Assembly (NCBI GenBank): GCA_965214095.1
Contig: OZ243938.1
Coordinates: 4,320,001 to 4,384,000 of the forward strand
DNA: 64,000 bases
From: Candidatus Poribacteria bacterium
GTDB lineage: Bacteria; Poribacteria; WGA-4E; WGA-3G
Direction: 5' to 3'
In this document: positions 1 through 10,361 of the stretch, in pieces
Position numbering within the stretch: position 1 is the stretch's first letter
How the letters are laid out: each line of letters begins with the position of its first letter
Notes under the pieces: model-generated
The model's database searches: none
What the model saw: only the letters and a program-made list of their open reading frames with translations
What the model was told of the DNA's origin: nothing
Position numbers and translations under genes: made by a program

Positions 1-2344
1 TGATGCGAATACGGGTGATGAAATTGCACTAATCAAAGAGAACGCGGCAAATGAGTCTGTCATCGCGTTCTCTCCTTATGGTGACCTGTTTGCAAGTAGT
101 CAATTTCATGGGAACATAAATCTGTGGAATTCATATACATACCAACCCGTAGATACATTTGCAGATGAAGGAAGAGAGGGGAACGGGGATTTGATGTTTT
201 TCTCAGATGGATGTACTCTTTCCAATGGAAAAAAAATATGGAATATCCACACTGGACAACTAATAGGCACTATCATAAGTGGTAATGTCGATACTATTTC
301 CCAGTCTGATATGTCCCCAGATGGAAAAACAATTGCTACTACTACGAAAGAGAATAAGATACAGTTGTGGGATGCACACAATGGAAAAGAATTAGTTTTA
401 CTTAATAAGGAAAGAAACGATTCTCGACAACATAAAATCCTATTTTCTCCAGATGGCACTAAACTTGCCGCAATTGGATCAGCACAGAACAGGCCGAATA
501 GCACAATCTTGTTGTGGGACGCAGATACACACGAATTAATAAGTACTTATACAGAACGTGATAATGCCAAAGTATTTCTATCCATAGATTTTTCTCAAGA
601 AGGAGACCTAATCACTGTTGTTAAAGACTGGCACAGAACGTTACGTCTTCGTAATTATGAGACGGGTGAAGAGTTGGCAGTTTTTGGAGAGCATGATGGA
701 AGAGTCGATGTGGTTACATTTTCACCAGACAAAACTACACTTGCGAGTGTTGACAGTAATGGGGCAATTCGCTTGTGGGATATAGAATCAGGTGAACTCC
801 TCATGAAACTCAAAGGTGGTGTGCATGTGCCTGCATCCGTAGCCTTGTCACCTGATGGATCCACCCTTGCTATGCCAAACAGTACCGGAGGACTTGATTT
901 TTGGGATAGGTATAAAAACCGAATTGTCACTTTCCCACTAAAAACTGATGTGGATGAATTTTGGGAACCCAATACTTATGCTCATTCACCCAATTGGAGG
1001 ATTATTGCTGCAGGTGCATGGAGAACAATCCGTTTGTGGGATACGACAACCGAAAAGTATGTTGCTACACTCACAACAGATGATAATAGCTTTGAAATTG
1101 GAAATATTATATATTCACCTGATGGGAGAACACTCGCTGCAAATGAAATGCACGGCTATGAAATCATACTGTGGAACACACATACACAAGAACAGATAGC
1201 AACCTTGAAGGGACATACAGATAAGATACACGCTATAACCTTCTCACCAGATGGTGCATTACTTGCAAGTTGCAGTGGACAATGGGATGAAGACGATAAT
1301 ACAATACGACTCTGGGATACAAAGACAGGAAAGGAACGCTCCAAAATTACAAATATCGTAATAGAGAAATTAAGAAAAAGGTCTCGGGCAGTTACAGCCA
1401 TTGCGTTTTCCCCAGATGGAAAGACGATTGCAAGCACAGATGCAAGCTGCGATGTTAAATTGTGGGATGTAGACACAAAAAAACAGAAAGCCAAATTAGT
1501 GGCTTCGTCAGGACAGAGTAATAGTTATTATCAAGTAACACACGCTTTAGCCTTTTCACCAGATGGTACGATGTTGACAAGTACCGGACTCAGTACTGCC
1601 ATCAATGTATGGGACGTTGAGGCAGAAAAACTTCAGAGTATTCTGAAAGGACATACGGGTATTGTCACAAACCTTGAATATTCAGAAGACGGTACAACTC
1701 TTATGAGCCGAAGTAATGATGGCACCGCACTTTTTTGGGAAATGAGACAAACACCTGTGACACGACTGCAAATCACACCACGTTCTGTCCAATCTCCACC
1801 TGCTGGTAAACAACTTAACTTTGATATTTATATGGTTGATGGTCAGGATGTCTCAGGATATCAATTTATGTTAGAGTACGATGCAAAAGCACTCCGTGTT
1901 ATCCCTGACAACGAAAACACTAACATAAGAAACATTGACATATCACCTCCTGTTGTGAAAAAGAATACGATAGCGTTTACAGGTAGTGCATCGTCAGGGG
2001 CAACCATAAAAGATGGTCCAATCGCATCCATCACATTTGAAGTGATTGAGCGTGCAGATGTAACCTTGACAATAAAGGAGGCACACCTTACGCACAATGA
2101 TGGTGAACGTTCGCTACCAGCAATTGGTCGTGCATGGGTCTTTGAACCACAACGTATGCCAGAAGATGTTAACCTTGATTGGCAATTAGATGATGCAGAC
2201 CTTGAATTTGTATCAACGCGGCTCGGACAAAAAGGAAAGGACAATCCTGCTGATGTTAACAAAGATGGAATTGTGGATATAGCAGATCTTGTCTTAATCA
2301 GAAATGCATTATATGGACTGGAACCTGAATCTGAAACTGAATGA
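1..2344 (+). CDS. WD40-repeat protein with C-terminal cohesin-like and dockerin-like domains (5' partial)
   Basis: Frame is open from position 2 (DANTGDEIALIKE...), upstream of the called start at 191. Many FSPDG...LWD repeats, then a cohesin-like segment (FDIYMVDGQDVSGYQFMLEYD) and a dockerin-like DVNKDGIVDIADLVLI motif. Confidence 0.85.
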   Translation, partial: DANTGDEIALIKENAANESVIAFSPYGDLFASSQFHGNINLWNSYTYQPVDTFADEGREGNGDLMFFSDGCTLSNGKKIWNIHTGQLIGTIISGNVDTISQSDMSPDGKTIATTTKENKIQLWDAHNGKELVLLNKERNDSRQHKILFSPDGTKLAAIGSAQNRPNSTILLWDADTHELISTYTERDNAKVFLSIDFSQEGDLITVVKDWHRTLRLRNYETGEELAVFGEHDGRVDVVTFSPDKTTLASVDSNGAIRLWDIESGELLMKLKGGVHVPASVALSPDGSTLAMPNSTGGLDFWDRYKNRIVTFPLKTDVDEFWEPNTYAHSPNWRIIAAGAWRTIRLWDTTTEKYVATLTTDDNSFEIGNIIYSPDGRTLAANEMHGYEIILWNTHTQEQIATLKGHTDKIHAITFSPDGALLASCSGQWDEDDNTIRLWDTKTGKERSKITNIVIEKLRKRSRAVTAIAFSPDGKTIASTDASCDVKLWDVDTKKQKAKLVASSGQSNSYYQVTHALAFSPDGTMLTSTGLSTAINVWDVEAEKLQSILKGHTGIVTNLEYSEDGTTLMSRSNDGTALFWEMRQTPVTRLQITPRSVQSPPAGKQLNFDIYMVDGQDVSGYQFMLEYDAKALRVIPDNENTNIRNIDISPPVVKKNTIAFTGSASSGATIKDGPIASITFEVIERADVTLTIKEAHLTHNDGERSLPAIGRAWVFEPQRMPEDVNLDWQLDDADLEFVSTRLGQKGKDNPADVNKDGIVDIADLVLIRNALYGLEPESETE

Positions 2345-2395
2345 TATTTAATTCCATTTCAAATTGCCTGGTTTTCATTAACTATATACTCGTTT

Positions 2396-2426
2396 GTAGT
2401 CGCGTAATTCATTACGCATCTTACAT
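2396..2426 (+). repeat. GTAG-type REP-like hairpin, family C copy 1
   Basis: GTAGTC-GCGTAAT-TC-ATTACGC-ATCTTACAT; homologous to 4511-4541 and 42771-42795 (-). Confidence 0.7.
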
Positions 2427-2480
2427 AATTCGCTTCAACACTGGCAACTCAGACTATTCAAAATCTACTATCTAAAATTT

Positions 2481-2617
2481 TATAGTGAAATCAAAAAATA
2501 TATGCACATTCCCGGTAGATGCGGTTTACCAACCGCATCTATGTAAGTGAACAAACACCGGTTTGGTTAGGAAACCGAACCTACCGTAGTGTGTAAATAA
2601 TTATGGTTTTTATTATA
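2481..2617. mobile_element. MITE family A, full copy with two inverted REP hairpins
   Basis: Near-identical to 56094-56231. Imperfect ~28-bp terminal inverted repeats TATAGTGAAA...GCACA / TGTGTAAATAATTATGGTTTT..TATA. Confidence 0.8.
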
Positions 2618-2693
2618 TTATTGGAGAATCGTGAAATTTGAGTAAGTCTTAATCTATCAAAAGAAAACCCACTTTAACGAATGTAAATATTTC

Positions 2694-2722
2694 TTGACGT
2701 ATAATGTAAAATATGTTATGCT
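2694..2722 (+). promoter_or_regulatory. Sigma70-type promoter
   Basis: TTGACG-17 nt-TATGCT with extended TG, upstream of the GGAG RBS and ATG at 2755. Confidence 0.6.
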
Positions 2723-2754
2723 AATATTACGAAATTAAATCTACGGAGAAGGCA

Positions 2755-3585
2755 ATGTCTGAAGAAAAAAACAATGAAATAGTTCCTGTAACCGCTGAAT
2801 ATGAAGTCGTTGACCAAGTTGACGATCAAGCAATCGTTGAACTGATGACTGGACAGACGATACAAGATTACGTTTACTCTTTCAAAGTTGGAGGACGGCT
2901 TATTGAAGGATTGACGTTAGCAGGTATCAACGAAGCAGCGAACCGAAGAGGCGGCATACAGGTAGAAGATATGGAATATGAAGAACGTGAGAATTCTTGG
3001 ATTGCCACTGTCAAGGCAGTAGATACAATCACAGGTAATTCACGATGGGGTGCGTATGAGCAGTCGAAAACGAACGGAAATCGTCCCGACCCTTATGCAT
3101 TCACAAAAGCAATACATAAAGCACAACGAAACGCAATCAAACAGTTACTTCCTGTCCCAGTTATTCGTGATGTGTTGAATTTCTACCTGAAACGTCAAGT
3201 AGATGGTGGCAACCCTAAACAGCAACAACAGATTCCACAATCTGGTGATAACATTACAAATGCACAAAAGGCAGCATTCGCTATTGCAAGCCAATTATCA
3301 GAACCACTTCAAGGAAAGGATATTAGTAAGGGAGACCTCTGGAATTACATAAAACGAAAATACAGTGTAGAATCCCGAAACGACATGTCTGAACAACAGT
3401 GGACACAACTTTCCGCCGAACTCAAAGCCGCTGAAACTAATCCCAAATTGTTTGAGGAACTTTGTACCCGTATTAAGCAATTAACCGCTGCTGATCAGGA
3501 AAGCGAAGTGCCTACAGCCGAGGAATCAGAAACTGAATACACCACCGATGCAGAATCTAAAGATTCAAAACAACCACCATTTTAG
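2755..3585 (+). CDS. Putative Rad52/Sak/RecT-like single-strand annealing protein
   Basis: Helix-beta3-helix pattern ending AFTKAIHKAQRNAIKQLLP, a Q-rich linker, a helical C-terminal domain and an acidic tail ending PPF. Family assigned by eye. Confidence 0.5.
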   Translation: MSEEKNNEIVPVTAEYEVVDQVDDQAIVELMTGQTIQDYVYSFKVGGRLIEGLTLAGINEAANRRGGIQVEDMEYEERENSWIATVKAVDTITGNSRWGAYEQSKTNGNRPDPYAFTKAIHKAQRNAIKQLLPVPVIRDVLNFYLKRQVDGGNPKQQQQIPQSGDNITNAQKAAFAIASQLSEPLQGKDISKGDLWNYIKRKYSVESRNDMSEQQWTQLSAELKAAETNPKLFEELCTRIKQLTAADQESEVPTAEESETEYTTDAESKDSKQPPF

Positions 3586-3600
3586 AAAACATATAGAGTT

Positions 3601-3627
3601 GTTACCGCACACATGCATGGCGGTAAC
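3601..3627. terminator. Intergenic hairpin (possible terminator or processing stem)
   Basis: GTTACCGC-11 nt-GCGGTAAC after the stop at 3585; no clear U tract. Confidence 0.35.
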
Positions 3628-3653
3628 TACGTTATCAAAAAAAGGAGTTCATC

Positions 3654-4448
3654 ATGAAGAAAGTCTTTGTAGTTTTCACGGTGTTTTATATACTCCTCAG
3701 TATTGCACCGCATATTCAAGCCAATCCAACTAATGGGTTAGTCCTACATCTAAGTTTTGATGAAAACACTATTCAAGGTGATACCGTAAAAGATCAATCT
3801 GAAGAAGGTAATGATGGAACGATAAATGGTAACGCTGAAACTGCTGAGGGTAAGTTCGGTGATGCATTATTGTTTGATGGTACGGATGACTTTGTTGAAG
3901 TGCCACTGGCAGCTTCCATCACCTTTGCCACTGGGGATTCATTGACAGTTCAGGTGTGGGTCAAAACGGACGATCAACCTGCACAAAACGATGGAATCGT
4001 TGGCAACTATCGTCCTGCCACTGATGCAGTATGGTTACTTTCTGTCAGTGGTGACAACGCAGCAGCACGGGGCAAGATGGGATTTTCTGTTCGTGATAAG
4101 GGACGTGCTAATAGCGCGGGGATAACTTCTCCAGATTTCTTGAACGACAACACATGGCATGTCCTCGCTGGTGTCAGAGACCAGGATGCAAAAAAGATCA
4201 GATTCTATGTAGATGGAAAATTGATTGAGGAAAAGGATGACAACACACTGGACATCAACAGTGGACAGTCAATTTGGATCGGCGAACATCTCAATCGGTT
4301 TTACAAAGGATTGATTGATGAGGTGAAGGTATGGAATCGCCCTTTGACTGAAAAGGAACTTGCCATCTCCCAACAACAACCGTCATCTGTCAAGGCAATA
4401 GGAAAACTGACGACCCTATGGGGAAGGCTCAAGTCAAAACGTCAATAA
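3654..4448 (+). CDS. Secreted LamG/concanavalin-like jellyroll protein
   Basis: Signal peptide; LVLHLSFDE, GKFGDALLFDG, FYVDG, IDEVKVWNRPL motifs; tail VKAIGKLTTLWGRLK. Confidence 0.85.
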   Translation: MKKVFVVFTVFYILLSIAPHIQANPTNGLVLHLSFDENTIQGDTVKDQSEEGNDGTINGNAETAEGKFGDALLFDGTDDFVEVPLAASITFATGDSLTVQVWVKTDDQPAQNDGIVGNYRPATDAVWLLSVSGDNAAARGKMGFSVRDKGRANSAGITSPDFLNDNTWHVLAGVRDQDAKKIRFYVDGKLIEEKDDNTLDINSGQSIWIGEHLNRFYKGLIDEVKVWNRPLTEKELAISQQQPSSVKAIGKLTTLWGRLKSKRQ

Positions 4449-4510
4449 GTATCTGTAACGTATGTTCGCTATTCCTAAAAGATAACATTCCCTTAAGACA
4501 GAGACCGTTC

Positions 4511-4541
4511 GTAGTCGCGCAATTCATTCTGCCTCTTACAT
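4511..4541 (+). repeat. GTAG-type REP-like hairpin, family C copy 2
   Basis: GTAGTCGCGCAATTCATTCTGCCTCTTACAT; directly abuts the empty MITE at 4543. Confidence 0.65.
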
Positions 4542-4542
4542 T

Positions 4543-4586
4543 TATAGTGAAATAAAAGTGTGTAAATGATTATGGTTTTCACTATA
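4543..4586. mobile_element. MITE family A, internally deleted copy (ends only)
   Basis: TATAGTGAAATAAAA joined to GTGTGTAAATGATTATGGTTTTCACTATA; no REP cassette. Confidence 0.7.
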
Positions 4587-4588
4587 AA

Positions 4589-5674
4589 CTATATTTCTGG
4601 CACTTTCACTCCGACCTCTTTCTTACTTTCATGTGATCGGAAGATACCATCCATTATCACGTTGGTCAGTAGCACACCTTCTGGAGGAAGCGGTGACACA
4701 CCATTAGACTTGACTGCTTCACGGAACGCTGTCATCTGTGCTTCCCATACATCTACCTTCGGAAATCCTTTGATATTGATTGTCGTCATTCCCTCTGGCG
4801 GGTCTGCAATTGCAGTTAAACCTTCTGATTGAACGAGTTTTTGCAGTTCCTGGCTATAGGAATCAGCATATACAACAGGACCGTCCAAAGAGATACCCGC
4901 ATCTTTGCCGAGACAGAACATTCCACCGAGTGAGTTCTGATGAACTGCCCACGATATCTTAAACAGCATGATGCCACCATTTTCAAACCGAATCCACGCC
5001 GCACCGAACTCCTCAACGTCCATTTTATCTTTGAATCTCGGATCCTGCATTGAGATATAATCTTCGGTAATAGCAGATACACGAACAGGTTTCGGATACC
5101 CCATCGCATAAAGTGAGTTGTGTAGGTTATAGATACCAATGTCTACAATTGCACCTGCACCTGCTGTCTTTTTATAGATAAATGTCCGTCCTGGAGTTCC
5201 TCTCCGTCTACATCTTGCTGATTCGGAATAGTATATATCTCCGAGGAACCCTTCATCTATTACCTTCTTCGCAAATTGCAGTTGTGGCGTAAAGGCACTT
5301 TTAACACCAATCTGAAGTATTTTTCCTGATGCTTTCGCTGCGCGTACCATTGCCGTTGCATCCGCAAGTGTTGCTGCCATCGGTTTCTCACAGAAAACAT
5401 GCTTTCCAGCATTCAAAGCTGCGACGGTGGGTCTGCGATGTGCTTGGTTATATGTGCAGACACTCACCGTGTCAATCTCATCCATCTCAAGCATCTTATT
5501 GTAGCTTGTGAATACATGCTTTTTAGGTACACCCCATTTTTCCGCAGCCTCATGTGCTTTTTCACCGAGAATGTCGCACACTGCGACAATCTCAAATCCA
5601 CCTACTGCTGTGTATGCACGGTGATGTGCACGCGAAATACCACCTGTGCCAACGATACCCACACGGATTGCCAT
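4589..5674 (-). CDS. Gfo/Idh/MocA family oxidoreductase
   Basis: GIVGTGGIS Rossmann motif, GKHVFCEKP, GAIVDIGIY. Confidence 0.9.
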   Translation of the reverse strand: MAIRVGIVGTGGISRAHHRAYTAVGGFEIVAVCDILGEKAHEAAEKWGVPKKHVFTSYNKMLEMDEIDTVSVCTYNQAHRRPTVAALNAGKHVFCEKPMAATLADATAMVRAAKASGKILQIGVKSAFTPQLQFAKKVIDEGFLGDIYYSESARCRRRGTPGRTFIYKKTAGAGAIVDIGIYNLHNSLYAMGYPKPVRVSAITEDYISMQDPRFKDKMDVEEFGAAWIRFENGGIMLFKISWAVHQNSLGGMFCLGKDAGISLDGPVVYADSYSQELQKLVQSEGLTAIADPPEGMTTINIKGFPKVDVWEAQMTAFREAVKSNGVSPLPPEGVLLTNVIMDGIFRSHESKKEVGVKVPEI

Positions 5675-5842
5675 AGAATAGTCTCCTTCTAATGATTTCT
5701 ATATTCCTTCCATGTTACGAATAAGAGTTTATTTTGATATAGCCAGCATAAGTTTTGCATTATGCAATGTGAAAAGTATCACAAAGGCGTTTGCATTTGA
5801 TAGACATTTTCAGATGATGGGGATTAACTTAGGTTACAATAA

Positions 5843-7750
5843 CTAATCAGCAGTTGCGGTTTCCAAAGGTGGTAACTCAGGATAATTTCCACGCGCATTA
5901 CGCCATGCGATGATGCCTTCAGCAATCATCCAGACCTGCAATCCCTCTACTATAAGTCCGAATCCAAAGAGAAGATAATTGCCATTAAACAACCATCCGT
6001 TATCTGGATTAAACATCTGATGCAGCATTGCCCAAGCAGGCATGAGGAGCATGACTACCATTGGAAGGAAAGCGAACCATATCGGTTTATTGCGACGCAC
6101 GAGGTAGAAGACGATGACCATGAATGCTAATCCAGCCAAGAGTTGATTTGTTGCACCGAAGAGCGGCCAGAGAGTCATGCCTCCACTACCAGGACCGCTC
6201 GGTCCCTGTAGCAACGCTACTGCGGCAGCGAGTATCAGAGCAAACGCAGTTGCAAGATATCGATTTGTTAGTGGTTTGAACTTTGCAGTCTGTGCGAGTT
6301 CTTGAATTACGTACCGTTGTAATCGTGTAGCGGTATCAAGGGTTGTCGCTGCGAAACTGGCAACAAGTACTGCCATAATTGCAATACCCATCTTTAAAGG
6401 AATACCGAGAGATGCAAGGAAATTTCCACCACCATCAACAAAAGCACTGACCTTTTCTCTGAGTTTGTGACTTGCCCAACCACCACCAACAACTATAATT
6501 TTACCATCGGGATTTTCTACTTCTTCACCCGTTGCGTAACGTGTTCTCCATGCATCTTGATTAATAACAGGTTGAGTGCTTCCTTCCTTTAGAATAGGTT
6601 GAAATGTATATCCTCCAGCAATAGTGGAGTCTGTGGTGCGGTTGAAAATACCCATTCCGATCCCAGCACAACACGCAATTATCACGACAACAGCAAGTCC
6701 ACCCTCAAGCAACATCGCACCGTATCCTACATATTGTGCATCGCTTTCAGATTCTACCTGTTTGCTTGAAGTGCCAGAACTGACCATACAGTGGAATCCA
6801 CTAACTGCACCACAGGCAATTGTAATAAAGAGGAAGGGCCAAATTGGTGGCGCATCGGGTGGTATGTCTGAAGCAACTGCTGGGGCAGATGCAAATAAGT
6901 TTGCTTGTCCTGATAATCCAGCAACTGCAAGACCAAGCACTAATAGAACGAGTGCTAATACTAATTCGTGACTATTGATAAAATCTCGTGGTTGTAAGAG
7001 AGTCCATACGGGTAGGACAGATGCAATGAAGCAGTAAACAAACAGGACTAACGTCCATATAACGACTACATTCAAATAAGTTTCTCCAAGCAGTGGAATA
7101 CCTAACCAAGTGCTTAGATCAATCGGCAGTATGTATGCACCGACCGCCATGCCAATATACATTATACCGAGCGCGATGATAGATGGAATGAGGATGTTAC
7201 CACCACGACGGTGAATCCACACACCAATAGCAACAGCAAGAGGAATCTCAATCCAGACAGATAGGACTGATTCAGGATAGTAGGAAAAAATCAGAGCAAT
7301 GACCAACCCAAAGATAGCAAGGACGATGGTCAATCCCATGAAGAGAACAAACAGGAACAGGAATTTGGCGCGGGGTCCGACCATTCTACCGGCAACTTCA
7401 CCTACACTTTGTCCACGATTACGGAGTGAGACGACCAATGAACCGAAGTCATGAACAGCACCGATGAATACAGAACCGAGGACGACCCAGAGCAAGGCTG
7501 GCAACCATCCCCAAAACACTGCGATTGCCGGACCCACGATTGGACCTGTTCCTGCAATGCTTGTAAAGTGGTGTCCGAAAATAATCTCTTTTTTTGTAGG
7601 AACGAAGTCTACATCATCTTTGAGTTCTTGGCTCGGAACTTTCGCCTCGGGGTCTAAACCGAATATCTTTCTTGCTAACCATTTGCCATAGGTGTTGTAT
7701 GCGACAATAAAGCCAACAAAACTTAAAACAGCAATTATAAGTGTGCTCAT
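5843..7750 (-). CDS. cstA: Carbon starvation protein A family transporter
   Basis: FGHHFTSIAGTGPIVGP, ITIACGAVSGFH, TTLDTATRL, LWPLFGATNQLLA. Confidence 0.92.
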   Translation of the reverse strand: MSTLIIAVLSFVGFIVAYNTYGKWLARKIFGLDPEAKVPSQELKDDVDFVPTKKEIIFGHHFTSIAGTGPIVGPAIAVFWGWLPALLWVVLGSVFIGAVHDFGSLVVSLRNRGQSVGEVAGRMVGPRAKFLFLFVLFMGLTIVLAIFGLVIALIFSYYPESVLSVWIEIPLAVAIGVWIHRRGGNILIPSIIALGIMYIGMAVGAYILPIDLSTWLGIPLLGETYLNVVVIWTLVLFVYCFIASVLPVWTLLQPRDFINSHELVLALVLLVLGLAVAGLSGQANLFASAPAVASDIPPDAPPIWPFLFITIACGAVSGFHCMVSSGTSSKQVESESDAQYVGYGAMLLEGGLAVVVIIACCAGIGMGIFNRTTDSTIAGGYTFQPILKEGSTQPVINQDAWRTRYATGEEVENPDGKIIVVGGGWASHKLREKVSAFVDGGGNFLASLGIPLKMGIAIMAVLVASFAATTLDTATRLQRYVIQELAQTAKFKPLTNRYLATAFALILAAAVALLQGPSGPGSGGMTLWPLFGATNQLLAGLAFMVIVFYLVRRNKPIWFAFLPMVVMLLMPAWAMLHQMFNPDNGWLFNGNYLLFGFGLIVEGLQVWMIAEGIIAWRNARGNYPELPPLETATAD

Positions 7751-7796
7751 AAGCCAATTCCAGATTCTTCAGGATAGTCAGACAAATTCAATTGAA

Positions 7797-8966
7797 TTAT
7801 CTGACACCGGTAATAATCTCGAATGTAAGTTGATCTAACTTTTCGTATCCAAGTCCTTTTTTAGCGATTGTATCAGGTTTGAAGTCAATCTTTCTCAATT
7901 TCTCAGCACTCTCTGCACTGTAATTTGCCATGATTGCTTCAAGTTCGGGATCACGGGCGCGTAAATCAGAGAGGATTCCTTGAATCTCAGCATCTTGATT
8001 GAATTGGTTTGCTTTCTCTTTGAGTATCAGATAACTCCGCATGCATCCTGCTGCGAAATCCCAAACCCCTTCTTCATCTTCAGTTCGGTATGCATGTGCA
8101 TCAAAGTGTCGGTTACCATCCCAATTGACATCTTCAAGAAACTTAACGAGGAAGAACGCACTCTTAACGTTTTCTGATCCGAAACGTAGGTCTTGGTCAA
8201 AACGACTCATCTTCTGGTCATTTAGGTCAATATGGAAGAGTTTTCCTGATTCATACGCTTGTGCAACACCATGCAGAAAACTCAAACCAGCCATCGTTTC
8301 ATGAGCAAATTCAGGATTGACACCCACCATTTCTGGGTGTTCAAGAGTCTCAATGAAATGGAGCATGTGCCCCGTAGTAGGTAAGTATATGTCTCCACGA
8401 GGTTCATTCGGTTTTGCTTCTAATGCGAATTTTAGGTCGTAGCCTTGGTCGAGAACGTAGTTCGTGAAGTAGTTCATTGCTTCACGGTTCCATTTTACTG
8501 TGTCTGGACCGTCCTTTGCTGCATCAACTTCTGCACCTTCACGACCACCCCAAAATACATAGACTTTTGCCCCAAGTTCTACACCGAGATCTATTGCATT
8601 CAAAGTTTTTTGAATAGCAAACGCTCTTACTTTTGGGTCGTTAGAGGTGAACGCACCATCTTTAAAAATTGGATGGTAAAACAGGTTGGTTGTTGCCATC
8701 GGTACTTTCATACCGTGATCATCAAGTGCCTGCTTGAATTCACGAACGATTTGGTCACGTTCATTGGCAGAAGCATCAAACGGAACAAGATCGTTGTCGT
8801 GCAAGTTGACTCCGTAGGCTCCTAATTCACTTAGTTTTTTTACGCTATAGGTGGGTTTTAGTGGTGGTCTAACGACATCTCCGAATGGGTCTCGTCCGGG
8901 ATTTCCAACGGTCCACAACCCGAAAGTGAACTTATGTTCAGGTTTGGGTTGAAACTGATCTGACAT
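7797..8966 (-). CDS. xylA: Xylose isomerase (short class I type)
   Basis: [41 protein letters not shown]. Confidence 0.95.
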   Translation of the reverse strand: MSDQFQPKPEHKFTFGLWTVGNPGRDPFGDVVRPPLKPTYSVKKLSELGAYGVNLHDNDLVPFDASANERDQIVREFKQALDDHGMKVPMATTNLFYHPIFKDGAFTSNDPKVRAFAIQKTLNAIDLGVELGAKVYVFWGGREGAEVDAAKDGPDTVKWNREAMNYFTNYVLDQGYDLKFALEAKPNEPRGDIYLPTTGHMLHFIETLEHPEMVGVNPEFAHETMAGLSFLHGVAQAYESGKLFHIDLNDQKMSRFDQDLRFGSENVKSAFFLVKFLEDVNWDGNRHFDAHAYRTEDEEGVWDFAAGCMRSYLILKEKANQFNQDAEIQGILSDLRARDPELEAIMANYSAESAEKLRKIDFKPDTIAKKGLGYEKLDQLTFEIITGVR

Positions 8967-9038
8967 TCAATAGCTCCTATCTTTTATCGGTTTAAGTTGG
9001 GATTATAACACATTTGCATTATTTTTTATAGATAATTT

Positions 9039-10361
9039 TCACACGGTCAAATGCTTGTCTATGTTTTTGAGCACGTTATCGTAATCAGCTTCCAATTCCA
9101 GTGGTGTGTTATGATAACGCGGCGGAGGTTGATCGCGAACAACATTGTGATATGCCACCTTGAAATCTGGGAATTTCAGTCCGGTTGCTGTTGAAATCAC
9201 GATAACTCTATCATCCTTCTGTATCTGTTTCCGTTCAATCATTTTGATGAGTACAGCCAAAGCAACACCGGTGTGTGGACAATTAAAGAGTCCAGTTCTA
9301 TCTGCTCTGGCAGCTGCATCTGCTAACTCTTCTTCTGATGCTTGGTCGACTATGCCATCAAACTGTTTTAGCACACGAATTGCTCGGTGTATTGAAACGG
9401 GATTGCCGATTTGAATAGCAGTTGCTTGGGTAGATTGTGCTGTAATGGATTTAAACTCCGTGAATCCTGTCTGATAACTGCGATAAAGCGGATTAGCACG
9501 TTGTGCCTGTGCACATGCAATTCGCGGCAGTTTGTCTATAATACCGAGTTCTAACATCATTAGGAAACCTAAACCGAGAGCAGAGACGTTACCGAGATTG
9601 CCACCGGGTATGATGACCCAATCGGGCACTTCCCAATCAAACTGCTGCACTATTTCAATACTGATAGTTTTTTGTCCTTCAATACGAAGTGAGTTGATAG
9701 AATTCGCGAGATAGAATTCTTTGCTTGCTGCGAGTTCTTGGACGATTGCCATGCAGCCATCAAAATCTGTCTCAAGAGAGAGTGTCAATGCCCCGTTTGC
9801 GATGGGTTGAATCAATTGCTCTCTGGTAACCTTTTCTTTAGGTAATAAGATTATTGCGGGGATACCTGCTGCGGAGGCATAGGCGGCTAATGATGCCGAA
9901 GTATCTCCTGTTGAGGCGCACATAACGGCACGGATGTTCCCTGACTCCGATATAATCTGGTTTACCATTGAGACGAGCACCGTCATGCCAAGGTCTTTGA
10001 ATGAACCTGTATGACTGTTTCCGCACTGTTTAATCCAGAGATCGGAGACCCCGAGTTGACTGCCAAACCGTTCTGCCCAAAACAGATTTGTGCCACCTTC
10101 ATACATAGAGATGATATTATCATCATCAACAATGGGACAAACAAGCTCTTTTTTACCCCAGACACCGCTTCCATAAGGATATTGAGTACGCATATAACGT
10201 TGTTCAAAAAGGCATTTCCAATCTTTCGCGCTTCGCTGCTTCAACACATCCATATCGTGATTGACTTGTAATAACCCATTACAGTTTTTACAGCGATAGA
10301 TGATTTCAGTGAGAGGATATTTACATCCATTTTCACATTCAAACCAAGCATTGTAATTCAT
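9039..10361 (-). CDS. thrC: Threonine synthase
   Basis: HTGSFKDLGM PLP lysine, CASTGDTSASLAAY, PGGNLGN. Confidence 0.92.
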   Translation of the reverse strand: MNYNAWFECENGCKYPLTEIIYRCKNCNGLLQVNHDMDVLKQRSAKDWKCLFEQRYMRTQYPYGSGVWGKKELVCPIVDDDNIISMYEGGTNLFWAERFGSQLGVSDLWIKQCGNSHTGSFKDLGMTVLVSMVNQIISESGNIRAVMCASTGDTSASLAAYASAAGIPAIILLPKEKVTREQLIQPIANGALTLSLETDFDGCMAIVQELAASKEFYLANSINSLRIEGQKTISIEIVQQFDWEVPDWVIIPGGNLGNVSALGLGFLMMLELGIIDKLPRIACAQAQRANPLYRSYQTGFTEFKSITAQSTQATAIQIGNPVSIHRAIRVLKQFDGIVDQASEEELADAAARADRTGLFNCPHTGVALAVLIKMIERKQIQKDDRVIVISTATGLKFPDFKVAYHNVVRDQPPPRYHNTPLELEADYDNVLKNIDKHLTV

